A DNA stretch of 64,000 bases from Burkholderiales bacterium (GCA_035649175.1 DASRKB010000169.1:55229-119228), one strand, 5' to 3'. Counted from the first letter of the stretch, positions 1 through 8,573 are shown. Notes: generated by a model not told the origin, from the sequence alone. Translations and numbers: made by a program.

Positions 1-1
1 C

Positions 2-391
2 GCCGCCGATCTCGTCATCTCGGCGCTCCACCCGCAGCGCACGCTGCTCGAGCTCGTCGACCCGGTCTGGCTCGATCCCGAGCTCGTGCGCGCGATAAGG
101 CACATCCGCAGCCGCGCGCCGGCATTCACTACGTTCGTCGACGCGCCGTCGCTCGACCACCTCGAGCGCGCCCACGACGCGTCCAAATACGGCACCGAGG
201 GCATCACGGCACTCTCCCCGGTCGCCGAGCTGACGCTCGATCAGGCGCTGTGGATGCGGCCAGTGCCCGAGCTTGCGCACTACCGCACGCCGATCAAGGG
301 CCTGTGGCTCTGCGGCCCCTCGATGCATCCCGGGCCCGGGATCCTCGGCGCCTCGGGCTACAACGCGGCGCGCGCGGCGCTACGCGGCTAG
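2..391 (+). CDS. FAD/NAD(P)-dependent oxidoreductase, phytoene-desaturase (CrtI)-like, C-terminal fragment (5' end outside window)
   Basis: Frame is open from the window edge. The C-terminus YRTPIKGLWLCGPSMHPGPGILGASGYNAARAAL resembles the C-terminal FAD-binding motif of CrtI-family oxidoreductases. Confidence 0.6.
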   Translation, partial: AADLVISALHPQRTLLELVDPVWLDPELVRAIRHIRSRAPAFTTFVDAPSLDHLERAHDASKYGTEGITALSPVAELTLDQALWMRPVPELAHYRTPIKGLWLCGPSMHPGPGILGASGYNAARAALRG

Positions 392-574
392 GCTTTGCCC
401 TAGCCGCCGCGCTCGAGCATCACGCGCCCCGGGGCGCCGGGCTTGCCACCCGAGCGCCCGCGCGCCGGATTGCGGCGGGTGTTGCAGGTGATGGTGAAGG
501 GCGCGTCCTTGGCGCCGATCGAGACGACCGGCGGCGCGCCTTCGATGTGCGGGCCGCCGGACATGCCCATCACC

Positions 575-2187
575 CTAGGACCGGTCGCGCCTGTAAGGCG
601 GCAGGGTGGTGAGCCGCGGGTCATCCACCGCGCCGCCGACGGTGAAGTGGTAGAGCGACTGGAACTCGAGGTCCCGCAAGCCGAACACCTGATGCACCGG
701 GTCGTCGAAGAAGCAGCCGATGCCGGTCGAGCGCACGCCGGCGGCTTCGGCTTCGAGGTAGAGCACCTGGCCGAGGAGTCCGGCCTCCCAGAAAAGGCGG
801 CGATAGAACGACGGCCCGTGCTCGACCAGCGTCGAGCGGTAAGCGGCGAGCATGCCGAGCGAGAAGGCGCCGTCGCCGGCGATGTCCTGCCGGCAGCTCA
901 CCTGTGTGGCAAGCACGCGCGCATCGCCGCGCTCGAGGACGAAGAGCGGAACGTCCGCAGGGCAGCCGGGCGGCGTTTCCCACGAGAAGCGCTCGTGCAT
1001 CGCGCCTTTCAGCGTCTCGACCTTTGCCGGATCGCGCGCGAGCGCATACAGGCCGGGCTCGATCCCGTCCACGCGATGCACGAAGAGGCCGAGGTGGATC
1101 GCCGGCGGCCAGGGGATCGCGTCCCAGGGCATCGGACGCTGTGGCGCCGGGCGCTCCGCCCGCGGCATGACGCGGGCGAGCATGCGGTAGAAGCGCTCGC
1201 GCGGGATGGAGGTGCTTCCGTCGCAGGCGAGAAGGCTGCGACGCTGGTGGATGATCTGTCCGGAGGAGATCACGGCTTTCGCGAAGCCGCCGAGACGGTA
1301 TCGATGATCTCCCAGGGCAAGGGATCGTCCCGCGAGAGCCGGTTCGCCTTTCCGTACCAGCGCTGCCGTTTGAGCTCCCGGACCGCGTCGATCTCGAGAG
1401 TCGAGACAGTGCTTGCGGCTTGGCCCGGCCATACCGCCATCAGGAGCTCGGCGCTTTCCCGCTCCGCGTCCTCGAAGTCGACGGCACGGTCAAGACCCAG
1501 CAGCGCCTCGATGGCTTCGTCGCTCACGTCGTCGAGCAGGCGCGCCGACCAGCCGAGCGTGGCCGCCGCGATGCGCAGCGCGCCGACGGCATGGCCCGCG
1601 TCGTGCTGGCAGTAGCGGAAGGCGCGCTCGCCGTACTTCCACGCCTCGCGCCAGTAGACGGATGAGAGTCCCACGAGGAACGCGCCCACAGGCAAGTTAC
1701 GTGTGAGTACCGAGTAGAGCTCGGCCGGGCAGTCGGCGCGGCGCTCGAGCGCGTGGCTGCGCGGCGCGTAATGGAAAAGTCCCGGCGATTCGCCCAGCTC
1801 CGCAATGGAATCGATAAAGAGATAGCCCTCGGTGGGATGCAGGTTGCCGCTCGAGGGATTCATGCGCAGCGCCCATCGCGTGCCGCCCGCCTGCTTCCAC
1901 GCCGAGAGCGAGAGCGCGTACTCGAAGAGGCGCGACAGGGCGCGCAGGTCGCGCGGTGCGCTCGCCACCTCGCCGGGCGCGTAAAGGCCGTCGTAGGGCG
2001 GCGGGCCGGGCTCGTCGTCCGGCGCGAGGAGCGGCAGCCGCGTGAGCGGCGCGCCCTCGAAGCGGCGGAAGGGATCGGGCTGGTTGGCCCAGTCGAGCTG
2101 GCCTGGGCCGGGCGCGAAGCGGGCGAAATGGTGCTTCGTGCGCTCGTGGTAGCGCATGACTTCCTCAAGGCGCGCGGCGTCCTGCAC
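575..2187 (-). pseudogene. SagB/ThcOx-type two-domain nitroreductase-family dehydrogenase, interrupted by a frameshift
   Basis: Two overlapping minus-strand ORFs (1270..2187 and 575..1432) lie in different frames. The N-part begins MRYHERTKHH, as in SagB-type nitroreductases. The C-part ends ..GIGCFFDDPVH.. Continuity switches frame near 1270-1290 (..TVSAASRKP* versus ..GGFAKAVISSGQ..). Confidence 0.7.
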
Positions 2188-2231
2188 AGTGGCAATATGA
2201 TGAACCCAACCGCAACCGACAGGAGGCGTCC

Positions 2232-2660
2232 ATGAACCTGAAAGACGTACTAGCAGCCAAAGGCCGCCGCGTGGTCACGGTATCGGCCCGCTCGAGCGTC
2301 GCCGACGCGGTCCGCGCCATGCACGCCGAGAACGTGGGCTCGGTGATGGTGCCCGACGCCGAGGGATGCCCGGTCGGCATCTTCACCGAGCGCGACGTGG
2401 TGCGCCTGTATGCCGAGGGCGACCGCGATTTCGACGCGCTGCCGGTGGAATCCCGCATGACCTGCAGCGTCGTCGTCGGGCGGCTGTCGATGCCGGTCGA
2501 CGAAGCGCTGGGCCTCATGACCGAGCGGCGCTTTCGCCACCTGCCGGTGGTCGAGGACGGGAAGCTCCTCGGGATGGTGTCGATCGGCGATCTCGTGAAG
2601 CTGAAGCTCAGCGAGGCCGCGCAGGAAGCGCAGGCGCTGCGGGCCTACATCACTTCATGA
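2232..2660 (+). CDS. CBS domain-pair protein
   Basis: AGGAGG at 2221-2226 precedes the ATG. Two CBS-like repeats are present (..VGIFTERDVVRL.. and ..LLGMVSIGDLVK..). Confidence 0.85.
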   Translation: MNLKDVLAAKGRRVVTVSARSSVADAVRAMHAENVGSVMVPDAEGCPVGIFTERDVVRLYAEGDRDFDALPVESRMTCSVVVGRLSMPVDEALGLMTERRFRHLPVVEDGKLLGMVSIGDLVKLKLSEAAQEAQALRAYITS

Positions 2661-3412
2661 GGCCATGGTTTCGCCTGAACGAATCTCAGATAGAAGAGTT
2701 CTACGAGGCAGGCTATGTCGTCCTGCCTGGAGTTTTTCGCGACGCTGAAATCCGGGAAATCAGCGAGGCTTTCGACCGCCTCCGCGACACGGCGATCAAG
2801 CTGACCCGGCCCCGGATGATCAAAGGCTCCTACTTCGTCGTTGAGGACCACCGCATCAATCGCATCGTCTGGTGCGGGGCGGCCGAGCCGGTGCTTCTGA
2901 AATACGGCGAGGACGCGCGGCTCACGTTCCCGTCGAGCCAGCTCCTGGGAACGAACGAAATGGAGCAGCTCATCTGCCAAGCCCACTTCAAACTGCCGGC
3001 CGACGGGGTGGGGTTCGGGTGGCATCAGGACAGCGACCATCGCCGCTACGGGACCGATCTCTGGACCGACGTGAATGGCCGCGGCAGTTTTGTGCAGACG
3101 CTCATGGCGGTCGACGTCATGAGCGAGGAAAACGGGCCTCTCATGGTGGTCCCGGGCAGCGGCCGCCAGGGCCATCAATACTTGAAGCAAAACCCTTCTC
3201 CGCTGGATGCGCTCTTCGACGGGCGGGCGCAGCCCGTCTTGATGGAGCCAGGCTCGGTGCTTCTGCTAGGCCCTTACACGGTTCACGGAAGCAAGCCCAA
3301 TCGTTCTACACACGCCCGCCGAGTCTTCATCAATGGCTATGCCTGCCCGGGCGCGAATCGCCGGATTTATCCAGGAGAGGGTGCGGGGCGCAAAGTCGTA
3401 GCGCGCCCGTGA
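2657..3412 (+). CDS. phytanoyl-CoA dioxygenase (PhyH) family Fe(II)/2-oxoglutarate oxygenase
   Basis: ATG 2657 overlaps the CBS stop (ATGA). The N-terminus LNESQIEEFYEAGYVVLPGVF and the WHQDSDH (H-x-D) iron motif are typical of the PhyH family. Confidence 0.75.
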   Translation: MRPWFRLNESQIEEFYEAGYVVLPGVFRDAEIREISEAFDRLRDTAIKLTRPRMIKGSYFVVEDHRINRIVWCGAAEPVLLKYGEDARLTFPSSQLLGTNEMEQLICQAHFKLPADGVGFGWHQDSDHRRYGTDLWTDVNGRGSFVQTLMAVDVMSEENGPLMVVPGSGRQGHQYLKQNPSPLDALFDGRAQPVLMEPGSVLLLGPYTVHGSKPNRSTHARRVFINGYACPGANRRIYPGEGAGRKVVARP

Positions 3413-3661
3413 CCTGCCCGCCGGAGAGCTGGCCGGCGAGCGCCGAGGCCTTGTCGGCGAGGGTGCAGAGCTCGAGCAGGCCCAGGCGCGCTCGCGCGCC
3501 GCGCGCTCCTCGCGACGCACCCGGCCCGCGCGCCACCAGTTGTGCCAGAAGCGCTCGCCCGCCTGCCCGAGCGGCACCATCATCAGGTTCTCGAGCGCCG
3601 CCGCTGGGCGCCTGCGTGCCGGCGATCAGGTCGAAGAGCGTCGTCTTGCCGGCGCGTGCTA
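3413..3661 (-). pseudogene. relic of an ABC-transporter ATP-binding protein (LivG/LivF-like)
   Basis: The minus strand encodes Walker A ..RAGKTTLFDLIAG (3656..3618) and the signature ..AGQLSGGQ (to 3414). These lie only about 230 nt apart, with frame changes between them. The N- and C-terminal parts are missing. The relic abuts intact genes on both sides. Confidence 0.6.
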
Positions 3662-4183
3662 GCTCTTCCTGGACGGTACCGGGCAGTCGAGATAGCCGCG
3701 ATAGCCCGCCCGCAGCTCCTTCCCGACCTCGAAGATCATGTTCGCCTCGCGACGCTGGATGCCTGGACGCGCCTTCGCGAGCTCCCGAGGATCGGGCTGT
3801 ATCACGATACGCACAGGCTCGGCGCGCATCTCGAGCTGGTCCGCATCGGCCCGCGTCGCCTCCAAGGGCACGAGGTGGCCGTTGAGCTTGACGATCGCGC
3901 CCGCGGCATTCCCGTCCGGTTGCATGTGGACCGCGAGCACCGGCCGGCCTGAGCTGGTGTAGTGGAAGTCGCAGCGCGGGCCCGCGGGGAGCGCCTTGCC
4001 GATCTCCGCATCGTTTATCGTCGCCGGGTCGAGCTTCCGCACTTGCACACCGGCGAGCGCCTCGTTCGCGGGTACGATACGCGCGATCTCCGGCGGATGG
4101 ATCGCCTGCAAGTCGTCGTCGGGTGCTTCGCCTTCCGTGCATGCGCCGAGCAGGCCGGCCAGCAGGAGGACCCGCCATGCCAT
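3659..4183 (-). CDS. putative lipoprotein, unknown function
   Basis: Signal peptide with lipobox LLGAC. The start overlaps the upstream DUF305 stop by 1 nt (TGATG). Confidence 0.6.
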   Translation of the reverse strand: MAWRVLLLAGLLGACTEGEAPDDDLQAIHPPEIARIVPANEALAGVQVRKLDPATINDAEIGKALPAGPRCDFHYTSSGRPVLAVHMQPDGNAAGAIVKLNGHLVPLEATRADADQLEMRAEPVRIVIQPDPRELAKARPGIQRREANMIFEVGKELRAGYRGYLDCPVPSRKS

Positions 4184-4638
4184 CAGTCGCGCGCCTCCAG
4201 GTCCCAGACGAGATACTTCATCTCCGCGATCTCGCGCTCCTGCGCCTCAATGATCTCGTGGGCGAGCTTGCGCACGCGCGGGTCCGAGATCTGAGCGCGC
4301 TCGCTCGTGAGGATCGCGATCGAGTGGTGCGGGATCATCGCGCGCATGTACTCCGCGTCGTCGACGGTTGCCTGGCTTCGCACCAGCCACAGCGCCAGCG
4401 CGAAGACGGCGATCGAGCCGCCGAAGATCGTGAAATTCAACGACCGTTTCTTGTACATGCCCAGCATGTACCCGAGCATGATCACCGCCATCGTGGCCCC
4501 CATCACGAGCGCCATCCAGGCGCGCGTCTCGCTCCAGAACACGTGCTCGTAGGCGTAGGTGTTGAGGTACATCAGGCCGTACATCACGACGGTCGAGGTG
4601 GCGATCATCGCGGCGAAGCGCCAATAGGACATTTGCAT
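4183..4638 (-). CDS. DUF305 family protein with N-terminal membrane segments
   Basis: ..YMRAMIPHHSIAIL.. and ..LAHEIIEAQEREIAEM.. are the paired DUF305 helices. Three hydrophobic segments lie N-terminal. Confidence 0.8.
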   Translation of the reverse strand: MQMSYWRFAAMIATSTVVMYGLMYLNTYAYEHVFWSETRAWMALVMGATMAVIMLGYMLGMYKKRSLNFTIFGGSIAVFALALWLVRSQATVDDAEYMRAMIPHHSIAILTSERAQISDPRVRKLAHEIIEAQEREIAEMKYLVWDLEARD

Positions 4639-4656
4639 GGATGTTGTCTCCCGTGG

Positions 4657-5235
4657 TCAGCGCGCGTGGCCGCTCGTGCCGCCGGCCGCACTCTGGTGGC
4701 CACGCGCTTCACCGAGCGCCGCGAACTCCTCGGGCGTCATCGCCGGAAGCTGCTTGACGAACGCGGCGATGCCCCATAGCGTGCGGTCGTCGTGCGAGGG
4801 TCCGAACGCGGGCATGCCGGTCATCTTCACGCCGTGCTTCGCGATCCAGAACACCTCGCTCAGCTCCCAGTGCTTCGCCGTCTCGGCGAGGTGGGGCGGC
4901 CGCGGGCGCATGCCGCTCGCCCAGGAAGCCCGCTCTACCCCTGGCCCGCTGTGGCAGTGCTGGCACGTCGACTTGTAGGCGCTCGCCCCGGCCGCGAGCA
5001 TCTCCGGGGTGATTGCCGCGGGCGCTTCCGGCGCGGGCGCACGCCGCTCGACGGAGTTGCGAAATGTCGTGTCGAATGCCCATCGGACCAACGCGGTGTG
5101 CTCCTCCGTCGCGGCGACGTTGTAGGCACCGGTATAGACGACGACCAGGCCGGTGATGCCGAGCAGCAGCACGAACGCGAGCGCACCGGCCGCCATCCCC
5201 AGCGGCGATGTCTTTCTCGCGTCCCTTTCTGCCAT
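4657..5235 (-). CDS. membrane-anchored c-type cytochrome
   Basis: One CQHCH heme-binding motif, an N-terminal TM helix, and the distal ..VKMTGMPAF.. Met-ligand region. Confidence 0.75.
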   Translation of the reverse strand: MAERDARKTSPLGMAAGALAFVLLLGITGLVVVYTGAYNVAATEEHTALVRWAFDTTFRNSVERRAPAPEAPAAITPEMLAAGASAYKSTCQHCHSGPGVERASWASGMRPRPPHLAETAKHWELSEVFWIAKHGVKMTGMPAFGPSHDDRTLWGIAAFVKQLPAMTPEEFAALGEARGHQSAAGGTSGHAR

Positions 5236-5277
5236 TCCCGCGTGCAGCAGGATACGTGCCGGCGGCGGCCTCGGCTC

Positions 5278-5475
5278 TCAGGCGGGTTTCGGCGTGTAGC
5301 CCGCTTCGCGGATCGCGTCGGCGATCTCTTCCTGCGCAAGCCCGCTTTGAACGGCGACGCGGCGCTCGCCGAGCGCGATGTCGACCTTCGCCTCCGCGTC
5401 GGCGTCCTTCAGCGCCTTCGTGATCGTGCTGACGCAGTGGCCGCAGGTCATGTCGGCGACGTTGAACTGGTACAT
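5278..5475 (-). CDS. copZ: heavy-metal-associated (HMA) copper chaperone, CopZ-like
   Basis: MYQFNVADMTCGHCVSTI.. carries the MxCxxC motif. AAGGAG lies 7 nt upstream of ATG 5475. The longer ORF-track version (to 5550) has no support. Confidence 0.8.
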   Translation of the reverse strand: MYQFNVADMTCGHCVSTITKALKDADAEAKVDIALGERRVAVQSGLAQEEIADAIREAGYTPKPA

Positions 5476-5519
5476 GAGCTTCTCCTTGTGTGGCTCTCCC
5501 GACGGCCGGGATTGGCCGC

Positions 5520-5551
5520 ACGATCGGCCCTCCAGCCATGGGAAGGTCAAG
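5520..5551 (-). promoter_or_regulatory. MerR/CueR-type promoter-operator for the copZ-cytochrome c-DUF305-lipoprotein operon
   Basis: The minus strand reads CTTGACCTTCCCATGGCTGGAGGGCCGATCGT: -35 TTGACC, a 19-nt spacer carrying an imperfect CCTTCC..GGAGGG dyad. It shares 15 identical nt with the copA promoter at 9271. Confidence 0.65.
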
Positions 5552-5580
5552 CGCCAAGGAACCGTCTCGTCGCCCGTCTA

Positions 5581-5901
5581 ATGGCCATGACCGACATCGT
5601 TCATGTGCTGAGCAGCGAAGTCATGCCCCAGGAGATCTACCCCGGCGTGCGCCGGCGTCTGCTGTGGAAGGGCGCCAACGGCGCCAAGGCGCAACTGCTC
5701 GAGATGGATCCCGGGGCGAAATTCCTCAAGCTCGACGTGCACGAGCCCGGCCCGGAGGAGGTTTACGTGGTCTCGGGCGTCTTCAACGACGGCTTGCGCG
5801 ATTACCCGGCCGGGACTTTCGTGCATAACCCGGCGGGCTCGGCGCATCTTCCTCAGTCGAGGGACGGGTGCGTCCTGTTCGTCTTCTTTCCGGAAGGCTA
5901 G
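5581..5901 (+). CDS. cupin domain protein
   Basis: A 106-aa ORF from ATG 5581 with a cupin-like core (..LDVHEPGPEEVYVVSGVF..FVHNPAGSAH..). Confidence 0.65.
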   Translation: MAMTDIVHVLSSEVMPQEIYPGVRRRLLWKGANGAKAQLLEMDPGAKFLKLDVHEPGPEEVYVVSGVFNDGLRDYPAGTFVHNPAGSAHLPQSRDGCVLFVFFPEG

Positions 5902-6841
5902 CCGGCGGCCTTGCCTCCAGCAGGAAGTCGTCCCAGACCGGCTCCGGCGCCATGCGCTCGAGCATCGCATCGATGAACACGCGCACCTTGGGCGCGAGGT
6001 AGCGGCGCTGCGGAAAGACCGCGTAGACCGATAGCTGCTTCGGCTCGTACGGCGCGAGCAGCCTCACCAGCCGGCCGGCCTTGATGTCGGGGCCGACCAG
6101 GTAGGAATTCAGCTCGATGATGCCGAGGCCTTCGAGCGCCGCGCGGCGCACGGCTAGCGCGCTGCTGATGGCGACGCGCCCGTTGATCTGCACCGAGACC
6201 TTGCCGCCGCCCGGCGCCGTGAAGTGCCAGGTGCGCGGCGTGGTGCGCTGCAGGTGCGCGATGCAGTCGTGGCCGGCGAGGTCCTGCGGCGCGTGCGGCA
6301 CGCCGCGCCTCTGCAGGTAGGCGGGCGATGCGCAGACCACCTGGCGGTTCGGCCCGAGCCGCCGGTACACCAGGCCCGAATCCGGCGGGTCGCCGGTGAT
6401 GCGAACCGCGACGTCGATCCCCTCGCGCACGAGGTCGACGTGCCGATCCTCCAGCAGGAGTTCGACCGCGAGATCCGGGTACTGCGCCATCAGCCGCGAG
6501 ACGACCTGGGGAAGCTGGACGGAGCCGAACGCGATCGACGCGCTCACCTTCAGGGTGCCGCGCGGCGCGCCCTGGAGGTTCGACACCGCGAGCTGCGCGT
6601 CCTCGATGGACTGAAGCGCGTTGTGGCTCGTCTCGTAGAGCGCCGTGCCTGCCTCGGTGAGCCGCAGGCGGCGCGTCGTGCGGTGCAGGAGCCGCGCGCC
6701 GAGCGCGGCCTCCAGGCGGTTCACGCACTTGCTCACCTGCGACTTGGAGAGCTCGAGCGCGTCGGCCGCGGCGGTGAAGCTGCCCGCCTTTACCACGGCG
6801 ACGAACACGGCGAGGTCGGCGAGCGTCTCCGGCGGGGACAT
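5783..6841 (-). CDS. LysR family transcriptional regulator
   Basis: N-terminal wHTH (..FTAAADALELSKSQVSKCVNRLE..) plus a LysR substrate-binding domain. The last ~38 aa are a low-complexity tail antisense to the cupin gene. Confidence 0.85.
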   Translation of the reverse strand: MSPPETLADLAVFVAVVKAGSFTAAADALELSKSQVSKCVNRLEAALGARLLHRTTRRLRLTEAGTALYETSHNALQSIEDAQLAVSNLQGAPRGTLKVSASIAFGSVQLPQVVSRLMAQYPDLAVELLLEDRHVDLVREGIDVAVRITGDPPDSGLVYRRLGPNRQVVCASPAYLQRRGVPHAPQDLAGHDCIAHLQRTTPRTWHFTAPGGGKVSVQINGRVAISSALAVRRAALEGLGIIELNSYLVGPDIKAGRLVRLLAPYEPKQLSVYAVFPQRRYLAPKVRVFIDAMLERMAPEPVWDDFLLEARPPASLPERRRTGRTRPSTEEDAPSPPGYARKSRPGNRASRR

Positions 6842-6940
6842 TGTTCGCCATTGTGCACAAAGCGTTTCCCGCCGCCCAGATTATCTTTTCCGCGCGCCGG
6901 CGAAGAATGGCTCCCGCTTGCAACACCTGGAGGAGCCGCG

Positions 6941-8563
6941 ATGAACCGAACCGCAGCTGCAGTGCTTGAAGCCATCGCCGCCGAGCGCGACTACCTGCTG
7001 CGCTTCGCGCTGCGCCACCTCGGCAACCGCGAGCAGTCCGAGGACGCGGTGCAGAGCGCTCTGGCGCGCGCGGTCTCCGGGGCGCGCCGCTTCGCCGGCC
7101 GGTCCTCGCTGCGCACCTGGCTTACCTCGATCCTGCGCAACGCCATCGTCGATGCGCATCGCGCCCGTGTCCGCGAGCCGTTGCTCGCCGACCTGCCGGC
7201 GCGGCCCGGCGTCTCGCCCGAGGAATCGGGCGGCGCGTGGGATCCAGCCGAACTCCTCCAGGCCCGCGAGCTGGCGGAGGCGATGAGCGCAAGGGTGCGG
7301 CGCCTGCCCGCCGAAAGCGCCCGGGCCTTCGTGATGCGCGAGCTCGAAGGCCGCGGCGGGGCGGAGATCCGCGCGCGCCTGGGCATTTCGCCCAGCCGCT
7401 ATTGGCAGGCCCTGCACCGCGCGAGAAAGGCGCTGCGCTCACTGCATATGCTGAGCTTCGTCACGGGAGTGGCGATGGCTGTCCTGCTTGCCGCCGCGGG
7501 TTTCGCCTCGCCGGCGGACGCGCAGGGCCAAGAGGCGTCGTCGTACCTGCCGCGGCATGCGCCCCGTTTCGAGCGCGCGCGTCCGGTCGTCGCGGTGCTC
7601 GCCCACAACACCTCCACGGAGCTCACCGACTACGTCGTGCCCTACGGCATCCTCGCCGAATCGGGCGTCGCCGAAGTACTGGCGATCGCCACGCAGGACG
7701 GCGCGATCCAGATGAACCCGGCGCTGCGCTTCCGCGCGCAGGCGTCCACCCTGGATTTCGACGCGCGCTTTCCGCAGGGCGCGGACTACGTCATCGTGCC
7801 CAACGTCTACGAGGGCCAGCACGATGCCCGGATGCTCGAGTGGGTCCGGGCGCAGGCTGCTCATGGCGCCGTGATCGTCGGCATCTGCGACGGCGTTCCC
7901 GTCCTCGCGAATGCCGGGCTTCTAAAGGGACGCCGTGCGACCGGGCATTGGAAGACCGTCCCGGAACTCGAGCGCAAGCACCCGCAGACGCGCTGGCTCA
8001 GGAACCGCCGCTACGTCGCCGACGGCAACGTCATCACCACCTCGGGGGTCTCCGCCTCGATCCCGGTCTCGGTTGCGCTCGTCGAGGCGATCGGCGGCCG
8101 GGAGAAGGCGGAGCAGGTCGCGCGGTCCCTGGGCGTCGAGGATTGGAGCCCCTCGCACGACAGCGAGCAGTTCGCGCTCACCGCCGGGAGCCTGTTCACC
8201 GCGCTGCGCAACAAGGCGATGTTCTGGCGGCACGAGGCGCTCGGGGTCGAGGTGTCGCCCGGCGTGGACGAGATCGCGGTAGCGCTCGTCGCCGATGCGT
8301 ACGGGCGAACCCGTCGTTCGAGCGCGCTCTCGCTCGCGCAGACGAGCGAGCCGGTGCGCACGCGCCGCGGCCTGCTGCTGCTGCCGGATCGCTCGATGCG
8401 CGGCGCGGAGCAGCCCGATGCGACCCTGCCGCTCTTCGAGACGCTGCCCGCCGCGCTCGCGCTCGAACGCTCGCTCGAAGGCATCGCGGCGCGCTACGGC
8501 GAGAGCACCGCGGCCTTCGTCGCGCTGACGATGGAATACCCCTGGAAGCACTCGCGCAGATAA
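6941..8563 (+). CDS. ECF (sigma-70 family) sigma factor ORF that continues without a stop codon into a DJ-1/PfpI-domain protein
   Basis: GGAGGA at 6930-6935 precedes ATG 6941. The first 169 aa contain sigma region 2 (..DAVQSALARA..) and region 4 HTH (..AEIRARLGISPSRYWQALHRARKALRSL). No in-frame stop occurs before 8563. Confidence 0.6.
   Translation: MNRTAAAVLEAIAAERDYLLRFALRHLGNREQSEDAVQSALARAVSGARRFAGRSSLRTWLTSILRNAIVDAHRARVREPLLADLPARPGVSPEESGGAWDPAELLQARELAEAMSARVRRLPAESARAFVMRELEGRGGAEIRARLGISPSRYWQALHRARKALRSLHMLSFVTGVAMAVLLAAAGFASPADAQGQEASSYLPRHAPRFERARPVVAVLAHNTSTELTDYVVPYGILAESGVAEVLAIATQDGAIQMNPALRFRAQASTLDFDARFPQGADYVIVPNVYEGQHDARMLEWVRAQAAHGAVIVGICDGVPVLANAGLLKGRRATGHWKTVPELERKHPQTRWLRNRRYVADGNVITTSGVSASIPVSVALVEAIGGREKAEQVARSLGVEDWSPSHDSEQFALTAGSLFTALRNKAMFWRHEALGVEVSPGVDEIAVALVADAYGRTRRSSALSLAQTSEPVRTRRGLLLLPDRSMRGAEQPDATLPLFETLPAALALERSLEGIAARYGESTAAFVALTMEYPWKHSRR
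7448..8563 (+). CDS. exported DJ-1/PfpI (class I glutamine-amidotransferase-like) family protein; possible nested in-frame start
   Basis: ATG 7448 opens a signal-peptide-like MLSFVTGVAMAVLLAAAGFASPADA. This is followed by a DJ-1/PfpI fold with the nucleophile elbow ..VIVGICDGVPVLA.. and a ~170-aa C-terminal region. Confidence 0.6.
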   Translation: MLSFVTGVAMAVLLAAAGFASPADAQGQEASSYLPRHAPRFERARPVVAVLAHNTSTELTDYVVPYGILAESGVAEVLAIATQDGAIQMNPALRFRAQASTLDFDARFPQGADYVIVPNVYEGQHDARMLEWVRAQAAHGAVIVGICDGVPVLANAGLLKGRRATGHWKTVPELERKHPQTRWLRNRRYVADGNVITTSGVSASIPVSVALVEAIGGREKAEQVARSLGVEDWSPSHDSEQFALTAGSLFTALRNKAMFWRHEALGVEVSPGVDEIAVALVADAYGRTRRSSALSLAQTSEPVRTRRGLLLLPDRSMRGAEQPDATLPLFETLPAALALERSLEGIAARYGESTAAFVALTMEYPWKHSRR

Positions 8564-8573
8564 GGAGACGGCC

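Noticed and set aside
5783-5900. 38-aa C-terminal tail of the LysR regulator overlapping the convergent cupin gene by 119 nt, considered as another recombination scar.
   Set aside because: The conserved LysR body (~314 aa) ends almost exactly at the cupin stop. The tail may simply reflect absence of a stop in the antisense frame. This cannot be distinguished without comparative data.
6851-6860. Palindrome TTGTGCACAA 10 nt upstream of the LysR start, considered as a LysR T-N11-A box.
   Set aside because: It is too short and lacks the T-N11-A spacing. It is possibly an operator, but there is not enough evidence to call it.
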